DNA of 64,000 bases, from assembly GCA_035361075.1 (NCBI GenBank), contig DAOSBX010000016.1:5917-69916 (forward strand), given 5' to 3'. The notes under the pieces were generated by a model. It was not told the origin of the DNA. It saw nothing but the letters and a program-made list of their open reading frames with translations, and did not search any database. Shown piece by piece: positions 49,401 through 58,915 of the stretch. Source of the DNA: Candidatus Hydrogenedens sp. (GTDB lineage: Bacteria > Hydrogenedentota > Hydrogenedentia > Hydrogenedentales > Hydrogenedentaceae). The first letter of the stretch is position 1. The number at the start of each line of letters is the position of its first letter. Both the position numbers and the translations under genes were made by a program.

Positions 49401-50882
49401 CTATTGTAAAACAACACCTGCTTCAGGATTTTGCCACAAGTGATTCTTTAATTCACCTAATTGTTTAGAAAGAAGAACTCGATATACTTCGGGATTCCGA
49501 AGTCGTTTATATTCCTCAGGGAGTGCTTGCATTTGCTTTCTAACTCTCTCCCTAATAACATGAACAGAATCCAGCGGTATAATAATCTCGCCGTCTCGGA
49601 ATACCTCCTTCAATAACGGTTCAGCATAATATATTCCTTCTATCTTCTGTCCAATATGTGGAAAAAGTCTTGACCGTGCATCTACTGTTCCACCCTTCGG
49701 ATAATCTTCTCCTTCCAAATACATAACATCGCCTAGTAAATACCCATCCTCATTATAATACCTAACAGGAACTTTTCTTCCAGGGTCTGTACTTTTTTCA
49801 ATATTCCCTGTTATTTTTATCCGAGACTCCCATGCTCCTTCCCTTAAAACAGCCACAAGTTTATACACACCATTTAAAGCTGGACAATCATAAGAAGTAA
49901 TTAAATGGGTTCCTACACCCCACGCATTAATCCTCGCCCCCTGTCTCCTTAAATCCGCTATCAAATCCTCATTAAGGTCATTTGAACCTATAATAGTAGG
50001 ATTTTCAAAACCCGCTTCCAACATCATTTTATATGCAACCTTGCTTATCCTCGCTAAATCACCCGAATCAATTCGAATAGCAGGCTTTACATCGAACCCT
50101 TGTTCACGTAATTCTTTAAACACCTGTATTGCGTTAGGAATACCACTTTTTATCGGGTCATACGTATCGACCAATAGCACACACCTTTGCGGATAGAGAC
50201 GGGCAAAAGCACGAAATGCCTCCAACTCTGATTGATAACTCATCACCCAACTATGTGCATGAGTACCCGTTACTGGAATGCCATATATCTTCCCTGCCAT
50301 TACATTTGAACTCGCAACACATCCCCCAATATACGCAGAACGCGAAGCAATCGTACCCCCATCCGGTCCATGTGCCCTACGCAGTCCAAACTCAATCACT
50401 GGATCAGGCTCCGCTGACAAACAAACACGGGCAGATTTGCTCGCGATTAGTGTTTGATAATTCAAAAAATTTAAAAGGGCTGTTTCCACCAATTGTGCTT
50501 CTAATAACGGTCCTTCTACTTGAACAATAGGCTCAAATGGAAAAACAAGCGTTCCCTCCGGAACGGATGTTATCTTTAAGTGCACCCTAAACTCTTTTAA
50601 AAATGCCAAAAAATCTTCATCAAACAATTTAAGGCTTCGTAAGTAATCTATATCATCTTTCGTAAACTTCAAATTTTTTAAATATAGTAAAAACGATTCT
50701 AAACCCGTAAAAATAGCAAAACCCGAATGAGGTGGCAAACTACGGAAAAAGTAATCAAATGTCACCGGAATTTGCCCCCGACCTTCTTTAAAATATCCTG
50801 CCATCATTGTTAATTGATACAAATCCGTTAACAATGCAAGATTCTTTCTCTCAAACCACGGTGCAATATCGAATGTGTCCAT
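49401..50882 (-). CDS. pncB: Nicotinate phosphoribosyltransferase
   Basis: LTDLYQLTMMAGYFKEGR N-terminal signature; 493 aa. Confidence 0.9.
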   Translation of the reverse strand: MDTFDIAPWFERKNLALLTDLYQLTMMAGYFKEGRGQIPVTFDYFFRSLPPHSGFAIFTGLESFLLYLKNLKFTKDDIDYLRSLKLFDEDFLAFLKEFRVHLKITSVPEGTLVFPFEPIVQVEGPLLEAQLVETALLNFLNYQTLIASKSARVCLSAEPDPVIEFGLRRAHGPDGGTIASRSAYIGGCVASSNVMAGKIYGIPVTGTHAHSWVMSYQSELEAFRAFARLYPQRCVLLVDTYDPIKSGIPNAIQVFKELREQGFDVKPAIRIDSGDLARISKVAYKMMLEAGFENPTIIGSNDLNEDLIADLRRQGARINAWGVGTHLITSYDCPALNGVYKLVAVLREGAWESRIKITGNIEKSTDPGRKVPVRYYNEDGYLLGDVMYLEGEDYPKGGTVDARSRLFPHIGQKIEGIYYAEPLLKEVFRDGEIIIPLDSVHVIRERVRKQMQALPEEYKRLRNPEVYRVLLSKQLGELKNHLWQNPEAGVVLQ

Positions 50883-50918
50883 ATATCTATTCTTCCACTT
50901 AATAATAAACCAAAATCG

Positions 50919-51386
50919 CTATTTCCTCTCAGATAGAACCTCTTTCTGTAACCATTCTTCAGCACAATCAATAATCTCGGCATGGTCAAACGCCAAATCT
51001 GGAAGTTCATCCAATACAAACCAATTAACATCTCCTGCATCATCTGACGGACGCACAGCCATATCTGTTTTTCCGAGTACCCCTACAAATGCAATACTTA
51101 TCGTTCTACCTCTTGGGTCTCGTCTTGGATTACTAAATGCCTTTAGTTGTGATAACTTCACTCCTTTCAAACCTGTCTCTTCAAAAAGTTCTCTCTCAAC
51201 AGCCTGTTCTAACGTCTCTTCCTCGTCCACAAAACCCCCAGGCAACGCCCAATAACCTTCAAAAGGAGAATTAACACGTTTAACTAATAATACTTCCCAA
51301 TCCGTATCTCGTTTTCGAAACACTACTGCGTCCACAGTTACCGCAGGTCTTGGATATTCATAGATAAAATGTCCTTTATGTTTCAT
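50919..51386 (-). CDS. NUDIX hydrolase (probably ADP-ribose pyrophosphatase)
   Basis: NUDIX box GGFVDEEETLEQAVERELFEETGL. Start MKHKGH at 51386 follows an AAGGAG SD. Confidence 0.8.
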   Translation of the reverse strand: MKHKGHFIYEYPRPAVTVDAVVFRKRDTDWEVLLVKRVNSPFEGYWALPGGFVDEEETLEQAVERELFEETGLKGVKLSQLKAFSNPRRDPRGRTISIAFVGVLGKTDMAVRPSDDAGDVNWFVLDELPDLAFDHAEIIDCAEEWLQKEVLSERK

Positions 51387-51489
51387 ACATATCTCCTTTT
51401 CATAAAAGGTTAACACTTATGATATACTATTTCACAACTTCGGAAAATAACCTCTATATAATCATTATAAACCTTCAAAGGAATTTCCA

Positions 51490-52830
51490 ATGAACTATCC
51501 TTCTATCATCAAAAAAACTATTAAATGGACTTTATATAGTATATCAATCATTATAGTCCTTATTTTAATTGGATTTTTATACCTCTTTCGAACTGCTATT
51601 CATCATAGGTTTATAGATTTCCCACGTGAAAAGAAAGCATGGGAAGAATTGCGGAAACAATATCAACAACCTGTATATGACGACGGTTGGAATGATTACG
51701 CTGGTGTCTGTCATAGCCATTCCGAACTGTCGCATGACAGTATGGTTCCATTCCCTGAAATATTATCAGCGTTAAAACAAGAACACCGACAATTTATCTG
51801 TTTATCTGACCACTGTGATAACGGCAAAGCTGATTATTCAAAGCAATGGCGAGGTGAACATGATGGCGTCATCTTTATCCCTGGTTTTGAAATGAATTAT
51901 GGATTCATGCCCTGGGGACTTCCTCCTGATACTGTACTTGACTGCAAAAAAGATCCAGAATCACTTGCCAAAGAAATTAATGAAAAAGGAGGTTTACTTT
52001 TCTTCGCTCATTCCGAAGAACCACGTGAATGGAATCTTCCCCAACTAAACGGAATGGAAATTTACAACATACATACAAACTTCAAAAGTCTTGATAAAAA
52101 ATTCTTAATATATCAACTCGTACCCGATATCATTCTAAATCTCAACAAATATCATGAACAATTGCTACGAAGCATTTTTAGTCCCCTTACCGAAGTGATT
52201 CAACGGTGGGATGAAATGAACATTAGTCGGAAAATTGTAGGAATTTCAGCAAACGATTGCCATCAAAACACAGGTTTTGTTGGAAAAATAACTCCTCAAG
52301 GAACTCTATATATAGAAGACACAAGCCCTCACAAAATAGGCGAATATAAATTAAATTTCTTCTCTCGTCTCCTATTACGTATGCTCTTCGGAAAATTGGA
52401 ACCAGGCAAAACTTTATTCCATATTCAATTAGATCCGTACCCAACAATGGTTCGATATGTTGCTACTCATATCTTAGCAAAAGAATTGTCAGAACAATCT
52501 ATCCTTGAAGCACTAAAAGAAGGTAGAGTGTTTGTTGGCTTTGATATGCTTGTTGACACCAAAGGTTTTGTGTTCTTTGCTGAGGATAACAACATGAAAG
52601 CGGTATTTGGTGAAACATTACCTTTAACATCAAACACAATCTTAAAAATGGCGTCACCAGTACCTTGCAAATTTATCATCTATCGGCATGGTGTTCCCGT
52701 TCAAGAACATGAAGGCAGAGATTTTTCCTGGCAACCTACAGAAAAAGGAAAATATCGTGTCGAAGCACAACTTAAAATAAACGACAAATGGGTCCCATGG
52801 GTATATACAAACCCTATAGAACTAAACTAA
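51490..52830 (+). CDS. PHP-domain protein (metal-dependent phosphoesterase-like), N-terminal TM
   Basis: GVCHSHSELSHDS PHP motif. N-terminal TM helix. Confidence 0.5.
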   Translation: MNYPSIIKKTIKWTLYSISIIIVLILIGFLYLFRTAIHHRFIDFPREKKAWEELRKQYQQPVYDDGWNDYAGVCHSHSELSHDSMVPFPEILSALKQEHRQFICLSDHCDNGKADYSKQWRGEHDGVIFIPGFEMNYGFMPWGLPPDTVLDCKKDPESLAKEINEKGGLLFFAHSEEPREWNLPQLNGMEIYNIHTNFKSLDKKFLIYQLVPDIILNLNKYHEQLLRSIFSPLTEVIQRWDEMNISRKIVGISANDCHQNTGFVGKITPQGTLYIEDTSPHKIGEYKLNFFSRLLLRMLFGKLEPGKTLFHIQLDPYPTMVRYVATHILAKELSEQSILEALKEGRVFVGFDMLVDTKGFVFFAEDNNMKAVFGETLPLTSNTILKMASPVPCKFIIYRHGVPVQEHEGRDFSWQPTEKGKYRVEAQLKINDKWVPWVYTNPIELN

Positions 52831-52848
52831 ATATCTCATAAAAATATT

Positions 52849-52877
52849 AAGCCCATCTTTAACTAAAAGATGGGCTT
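52849..52877. terminator. Bidirectional rho-independent terminator between convergent genes
   Basis: Perfect 12-bp stem AAGCCCATCTTT/AAAGATGGGCTT with a 5-nt loop, flanked by a T-run on the plus strand and an A-run upstream (T-run on the minus strand). Confidence 0.65.
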
Positions 52878-52904
52878 AATGTTTTTTCAACCAAACAGAC
52901 AATC

Positions 52905-53621
52905 TTACAATGCCAATCCTTTCAAAGCCTCAAGATTTTTTTGTACTTGACTCCAATTCACAACATTCCACCAAGCCTTCACATATTCAGCACGGTTATT
53001 TTGGTACTTCAAATAATAGGCATGCTCCCAAACATCAATTCCTAAAATAGGAAATGTGCCCCATGATGTCAGTTTATGCTGATTCTCTGCTTGAAGAACA
53101 ATAAGTCGTCCATCCGCAGGTCGATAATGTAACAACGCCCATCCACCACCTTCTACCGCATTCGCCGCAGAAGAAAATTGATTCTGAAAGGCATCATATG
53201 AACCAAAATCACGCTCAATCAATTCCAGAAGTTCACCAGAAGGTTTTCCACCTCCACCATTTCCCGGCGAAGCCATAACCTTCCAGAACATACTGTGAAG
53301 AAAATGTCCACCTCCATGGAACGCTGCCTGCTTAGACCAATGTTGAATCAATGTAAAATCATTCTTTGCCCTTGCCTCCTCAAGAGCCTTTTCTGCTGTA
53401 TTTAGCCCCTTAACATACCCCGCATGATGTTTTGAATGGTGCAATTCCATTGTCCTCGCATCAATATACGGCTCCAATGCATCATATGCATACGGTAATT
53501 CTGGAAGTTTATGCTCTCGACTCCCGTTCCCTGTCTGAGCAAATACTGGGGCTCCAATAATCGAACTGGCAGTTATTATTGAACTGCTTGCTAACAAAAA
53601 TTCTCTACGTGAAGTACTCAT
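52905..53621 (-). CDS. sod: Fe/Mn superoxide dismutase with Tat signal peptide
   Basis: SRREFLL twin-arginine signal, HHSKHH and DVWEHAYY metal-ligand motifs. Start at 53621 follows a GGAGA SD. Confidence 0.9.
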   Translation of the reverse strand: MSTSRREFLLASSSIITASSIIGAPVFAQTGNGSREHKLPELPYAYDALEPYIDARTMELHHSKHHAGYVKGLNTAEKALEEARAKNDFTLIQHWSKQAAFHGGGHFLHSMFWKVMASPGNGGGGKPSGELLELIERDFGSYDAFQNQFSSAANAVEGGGWALLHYRPADGRLIVLQAENQHKLTSWGTFPILGIDVWEHAYYLKYQNNRAEYVKAWWNVVNWSQVQKNLEALKGLAL

Positions 53622-53858
53622 TGTTTTCTCCTTTATCTTGTTTTTTAAGTTACTTGTTTGAAATTTCGTTTTACATAACATAAAGTACTCTGCCAATATT
53701 CCCAAAAAAATTTTTATATCTCATTTATTAAATTAGGTGTTCTCTTTATAAATAATTTTCTCCAACTCAATTTGACAATTGTATATATTTTAGATATAAT
53801 ATATCTATAATATATATTTTGTCTGTAAGTTTAACCTTTAAATGTAGGAGAAAAAATT

Positions 53859-55169
53859 ATGTCTAACATGTTTTGCGACCAATGTGAACAAACCTTCAAC
53901 GGTACTGGTTGTACTGTAAAAGGTGTCTGTGGTAAGGATGCTGATATGGAATCCTTACAAAAAACTTTACTGTATGGCTTAAAAGGAATGTCCGCATATA
54001 AGCATCATGCACGTCGCTTAGGTAAAACAGACCCTGAAATTGAAGAATTTATCGAAAGGGCTCTATTTGCAACAATGACCAACGTTAATTTCGATATGCA
54101 ACACCTTCTTGAATTAGTTCTTGAATGTGGGCAAATGAACTTAAAAACAATGCAACTTCTCAATGATGCCCATGTCGAAACTTTCGGCACACCATCACCA
54201 ACAAAAGTAAAAGAAGGTATCCAAGAAGGTCCTGGAATTCTGATCACAGGACACGACTTATTAGATTTGAAACAATTATTGGAACAAACAAAGGGCACTG
54301 GAATTAAAGTATATACTCATGGTGAAATGTTACCAGCCCACATGTATCCAAAATTACGAGAATACCCCCATTTTGCTGGTCATTACGGCGGTGCATGGCA
54401 ACTTCAACGGAAAGAATTTGAAAGATTCGGCGGTCCCATAGTTGTCACTACAAACTGTGTGCTTATTCCTACAAGTCATAATACCTATCTTGACCGATTA
54501 TTTACACTTCATTGCACAGGTGTTCCAGGTGCCCCTCGTCTTAATGACGGAGACTTCTCCACCGTGATAAAAAAAGCACTTGAAATAGGTCCTCTTCAAC
54601 CAACTGAAATAAAGGAAAGCACGGTTGGCTTCCATTGGACATATATCCTCTCCATTGCAGACAAATTAATCGACCTTATAAAAGCAGGTAAAATTAAACA
54701 TATATTCCTTATTGGCGGTTGCGACGGTGCAGAACCTGGTCGCAACTATTTCGCCGAGTTTGCACAAAATACCCCTAAAGAATCCCTTATTCTTACATTA
54801 GGTTGTGGAAAATATCGTATCCGCAATTACGACTATGGAGAAGTAGAAGGTATCCCAAGATTATTAGATATGGGACAATGCAACGACTCTTATGGAGCCA
54901 TTCAAACCGCTCTTGCCCTTGCAAAAGTCTTTAATTGCAGTGTAAATGATTTGCCACTAACTCTTGTTGTTAGTTGGTTCGAACAAAAAGCAGTTGCTGT
55001 ATTATTAACTTTATTATCCTTAGGCATAAAAGGCATCCGATTAGGTCCTGCCCTACCTGCTTTTATCACACCAAATGTATTGAAAATGTTACAAGAAAAA
55101 TACGACTTAAAGCCGATTGGTGCTAACGCCAGCGAAGATGTAAAGCAAATACTCCAAAAAGTATTATAA
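53859..55169 (+). CDS. hcp: Hybrid-cluster protein / hydroxylamine reductase (short form)
   Basis: MFCDQCEQT N-terminus, GHDLLDLKQLLEQTKGTGIKVYTHGEMLPAH, LGCGKYR, GQCNDSYGAI and SWFEQKA blocks matching Hcp throughout. Confidence 0.9.
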   Translation: MSNMFCDQCEQTFNGTGCTVKGVCGKDADMESLQKTLLYGLKGMSAYKHHARRLGKTDPEIEEFIERALFATMTNVNFDMQHLLELVLECGQMNLKTMQLLNDAHVETFGTPSPTKVKEGIQEGPGILITGHDLLDLKQLLEQTKGTGIKVYTHGEMLPAHMYPKLREYPHFAGHYGGAWQLQRKEFERFGGPIVVTTNCVLIPTSHNTYLDRLFTLHCTGVPGAPRLNDGDFSTVIKKALEIGPLQPTEIKESTVGFHWTYILSIADKLIDLIKAGKIKHIFLIGGCDGAEPGRNYFAEFAQNTPKESLILTLGCGKYRIRNYDYGEVEGIPRLLDMGQCNDSYGAIQTALALAKVFNCSVNDLPLTLVVSWFEQKAVAVLLTLLSLGIKGIRLGPALPAFITPNVLKMLQEKYDLKPIGANASEDVKQILQKVL

Positions 55170-55179
55170 AATGAAATCG

Positions 55180-55210
55180 GGGAAGGTCTCCACCGTTGAG
55201 AGACCTTCCC
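55180..55210 (+). terminator. GC-rich hairpin (11-bp perfect stem) after hcp; possible terminator or attenuator
   Basis: GGGAAGGTCTC-N9-GAGACCTTCCC. The downstream tract is only weakly U-rich. Confidence 0.4.
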
Positions 55211-55241
55211 TAAACAAAAATTTAAATACAGGATATATATT

Positions 55242-55742
55242 ATGTTTAGCAAAACTACAATTACAGCCATACAAGCCTTAGCATATATCGCAATTCACCA
55301 GAAAGAGAAACCTGTATCCCATATCGAACTTACTAAGTATATACCTGTATCGACGTCCTACCTATCCAAAATCATGACCCTTCTAACAAAAGCCAGGTTT
55401 TTAAATGCACATCGCGGCCCCTCTGGTGGGTTTATGTTAAGTGTCCCCCCCGATCAGATTACACTACTCGAAATTGTCGAAACTTGTGAAGGTAAAATTT
55501 TAGGTGATTACTGCAAAGACACCGATGACTTAGACCATGTTTGTGCATTTCACAAAGCAATGTATCAAGTACGTTCATCCTTAATATATACATTAAAATC
55601 ATGGACATTAGAGAAAATAATTCAAAAACCCTTACCAGATGGACAACTCGCCAATATCCCTAATTGCAAAATGAAATGTGTATATCCAAACCACCTGCAC
55701 CAAAAAAGAATGTCAATACATAAAAAAATCAACAAATCCTAA
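55242..55742 (+). CDS. Rrf2-family transcriptional regulator (NsrR/IscR-like)
   Basis: Rrf2 HTH (ISTSYLSKIMTLLTKARFLNAHRGPSGGFML). Directly downstream of hcp. Confidence 0.8.
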   Translation: MFSKTTITAIQALAYIAIHQKEKPVSHIELTKYIPVSTSYLSKIMTLLTKARFLNAHRGPSGGFMLSVPPDQITLLEIVETCEGKILGDYCKDTDDLDHVCAFHKAMYQVRSSLIYTLKSWTLEKIIQKPLPDGQLANIPNCKMKCVYPNHLHQKRMSIHKKINKS

Positions 55743-55938
55743 AACACCAATTTATAATCATCGCAAAAAAAATAAATACATTTAAATAACTCTTACTTTT
55801 CATAACTACCCAATAAAATCATCTATTCCTGATAATTTTCTTTCATTTCTATTTATACGTATTCATTGTCTTAAGGAACAACAATGACTGTATAATATTA
55901 TCCAAATCCAAAAATATACTACCAATAGGAAATTTAAA

Positions 55939-57069
55939 GTGAAAAAGAAAAAATTAGAGAAAAGGAAAAGGTCTGAAACACGAATAAAAAACTGGGAAGA
56001 CCGTTATGATGACTCATTTTCAAAGGACTCATTCCGCCTTAGAAAAGCCACTGTGCATCTTCCAGACAATCAACCCGAAATAAATCTTCCTCAAGACTTT
56101 GAACCGAATGCAACAGTAACGTCCCATTCGAAAAAATGGGCTTTTGTTTTTTTAGACTTAGCCAATGGAACGGAAGAAACGTTATGTAAAATAGATGAAC
56201 GCTTGAAAGAGAAAGATTCAAGTCTTATCGCCCCAGGTGACCGCGTTTTGGTGGAATTTGAAGACAACGGGGAAGCTATTATTCGTGGGATTGCCCCTCG
56301 AAAATCAAAATTAAGCCGACTTTCCGTAGACCGAGAAGGTCCACCAGAACAGGTCATTGCCGCTAACGTAGACATCTTGTTTATTGTCGCATCCATAAAA
56401 CAACCTACATTTAAACCTGGGCTTATTGACCGATTCCTTATCGTTGCTGAAAATGGAAAGGTTGAGCCTATCCTTGTGATAAACAAAATTGACCTCGCCA
56501 ATACTTTGCCAGAAGAAATCGATGTTTACAAAAATTTAGGGTTAAAAATTATTTTTACCAGTTGTGTTACAAAACAAGGTATAGAAGAGATTGTCCGTTT
56601 ATTAGAAAACAAAACAGGCGTCTTATCTGGACATAGCGGTGTAGGAAAAACTTCATTATTGAAGTGTATTTGTCCTGAAGTAGATGCGATAACCCTCGAA
56701 ATAAGCAAAAAAACAGAAAAAGGGAAACATGCCACAACATCAACCAAATTATACCATCTCCCTAATGGCGGAAAATTAATTGACACCCCAGGAATACGGT
56801 CCCTCGGATTTTGGAATATTGACCCTGCCTCTCTTGACTATTACTTCCCCGAAATATCCCAGTACGCCGATTCCTGTCGCTTTAATGATTGTTCACATAC
56901 CCATGAGCCAGAATGTGCTGTACGTGAAGCCGTAAAGAACAAAGAAATACCCCTTATTCGTTATGAATCCTACCTCCGAATTCGGAAAAGCATCGAACAA
57001 GACGGCATTACCCCAGGTCGGTTACGAAAAGAAAATATTTTACCCCAAGATATTCTTCCCAATAAATAG
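55939..57069 (+). CDS. rsgA: Ribosome small-subunit-dependent GTPase A
   Basis: Circularly permuted GTPase: NKIDL, GHSGVGKTSLL, DTPG, and C-terminal zinc knuckle CRFNDCSHTHEPECAV. Lys-rich N-terminal extension. GTG start with AGGAA SD. Confidence 0.85.
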   Translation: MKKKKLEKRKRSETRIKNWEDRYDDSFSKDSFRLRKATVHLPDNQPEINLPQDFEPNATVTSHSKKWAFVFLDLANGTEETLCKIDERLKEKDSSLIAPGDRVLVEFEDNGEAIIRGIAPRKSKLSRLSVDREGPPEQVIAANVDILFIVASIKQPTFKPGLIDRFLIVAENGKVEPILVINKIDLANTLPEEIDVYKNLGLKIIFTSCVTKQGIEEIVRLLENKTGVLSGHSGVGKTSLLKCICPEVDAITLEISKKTEKGKHATTSTKLYHLPNGGKLIDTPGIRSLGFWNIDPASLDYYFPEISQYADSCRFNDCSHTHEPECAVREAVKNKEIPLIRYESYLRIRKSIEQDGITPGRLRKENILPQDILPNK

Positions 57070-57146
57070 AAACTATTTCTTATTCATATAAGTCTCTATT
57101 AATACTTACATTAATTCATTAAAAGATTAACCGAAGGAGAACTGCT

Positions 57147-58514
57147 ATGACAAATCGACAGATTTACATCACTACTACTATCTCTGTTTTAATAGTTTTT
57201 CTGGCTACTTCATTAATCTCTTATGGAGACCTAAAAAGTTACGTCTCAAAGCCTGACCCATCATATAAATATGAAATCATCGAAGTAAAAGAGATTGAAG
57301 GTTGTCAGGCAAAAATCATACAACTTACTTCCCAAACTTGGCAAAATATAGTCTGGACACATTGGCTCATTCTACTTTGTCCACCAGACTCAAAAAATTC
57401 AGATATTGCTATGCTAATCATCAATGGCGGTTCAAATAACCAAAAAGAGCCACGATTAAATTCTATGGAAGTAAAAATTGCCTCAATGGTCGCTAAAAAA
57501 ACCTCCTCTATCATTGCAGTTCTCTTTCAAGTACCGAACCAACCCTTGTTCGACGGAAGAAATGAAGATGAAATTATTTCTTACACCTATGATAAATATC
57601 TCAATGGTGAAGGTGATGATTGGCCTCTTCTCCTTCCAATGGTCAAAAGTGCAGTCCGTGCTATGGACACAATCCAGGCAGTCCAAAAAAATAGCGACAA
57701 CCATGAAATAAAACGTTTCATCCTTACTGGTGGTTCAAAAAGAGGATGGACAACATGGTTAACTTCCGCAACTGGTGACCCACGAGTAGTAGCCATTGCT
57801 CCCGTAGTTATTGATGTCCTTAATATGAAACAACAAATGTTACACCAACTCGAATGTTATGGTACATTCAGTAGTGAAATTGAAGATTACACCCGATTAA
57901 AAATTCCCCAAAGAATGCACACTCCAAAAGGTGAACAACTTCTAAGTATTGTTGACCCTTATAGTTATCGTAATTCCATGACATTGCCTAAACTAATTAT
58001 CCTCGGAACAAACGACCCGTACTGGACTGTAGATTCCGCAAATCTGTATTTCCCAGACTTCCCCCCACCAAAATATTTATGTTACCAACCCAATACTGGA
58101 CATGATATACATCCCACAGGAGTTGCCACGTTAGCTGAATTCTTTATGACTATTAAAAACCACGGAACCTTCCCCACAGTAACATGGAACATTTCCAGAA
58201 ATAACACCATTACCGTGAAATGGGATAACCCTCAAGGGACAGCCTATTTATGGAAAGCAGATTCCAATAATCGCGATTTTAGAAATTCCAAGTGGGAAAG
58301 TATGCCAATAAAAGGGAAACAAAAGGCAAAAGCAAAATTAAAGCCCCCCAAAGACGGCTGGACTGCTTACTACATTGAAGTTCGTTTCCCAGGCTCCTTT
58401 GACAATCCATTCAGCATTTGCACACAGATGAAAGTTTTACCAGACAACAAATATCCTTTCATTGTTGACAAAGAAAACATAAAAGCGATACCTGCTACTA
58501 CAGCGTCAAAATAA
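57147..58514 (+). CDS. Secreted PqaA-like (PhoPQ-activated pathogenicity-related) family protein / putative hydrolase
   Basis: N-terminal TM/signal. Recalled family motif ILTGGSKRGWTTWLTSA. GAAGGAGA SD. Confidence 0.45.
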   Translation: MTNRQIYITTTISVLIVFLATSLISYGDLKSYVSKPDPSYKYEIIEVKEIEGCQAKIIQLTSQTWQNIVWTHWLILLCPPDSKNSDIAMLIINGGSNNQKEPRLNSMEVKIASMVAKKTSSIIAVLFQVPNQPLFDGRNEDEIISYTYDKYLNGEGDDWPLLLPMVKSAVRAMDTIQAVQKNSDNHEIKRFILTGGSKRGWTTWLTSATGDPRVVAIAPVVIDVLNMKQQMLHQLECYGTFSSEIEDYTRLKIPQRMHTPKGEQLLSIVDPYSYRNSMTLPKLIILGTNDPYWTVDSANLYFPDFPPPKYLCYQPNTGHDIHPTGVATLAEFFMTIKNHGTFPTVTWNISRNNTITVKWDNPQGTAYLWKADSNNRDFRNSKWESMPIKGKQKAKAKLKPPKDGWTAYYIEVRFPGSFDNPFSICTQMKVLPDNKYPFIVDKENIKAIPATTASK

Positions 58515-58621
58515 CAATAAACAAACCCCTTACATTAATAATTTTAATCATCTTGCTTAAAAAACAAAATTTGAAAATAAAGAACCAAACTGTTATAATT
58601 TTATTACTTCAAAATAGACGT

Positions 58622-58698
58622 GGGCGATTAGCTCAGGTGGTTAGAGTACTTGCTTGACATGCAAGGGGTCACTGGTTCAAGTCCAGTATCGCCCACCA
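58622..58698 (+). tRNA. tRNA-Val (anticodon GAC)
   Basis: Cloverleaf by eye: acceptor GGGCGAT/ATCGCCC, D-arm GCTC...GAGT, anticodon stem CTTGC/GCAAG with loop TTGACAT, T-arm ACTGG TTCAAGT CCAGT, encoded CCA. Confidence 0.9.
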
Positions 58699-58915
58699 TT
58701 TTTTTATACTTCATTTTGTTTTACCAAGAGGGAGGGATGGGTAGTTTTTATATCACTTTTACACCCCTAAAATACCCCAATAAAATCTTTACACATTATT
58801 TCATCTATCTAAAATATATGAATTTATATTGCCCCTTATTATCATAATTTGATATAATAAACTTACCTAAAAATCCTTTCCAACGAAGTGATTTTCCCCA
58901 TAATCAGATAGAAAG

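Noticed and set aside
58650-58847. 65-aa ORF
   Set aside because: Overlaps the tRNA-Val gene and its 3' flank; artefact of six-frame translation.
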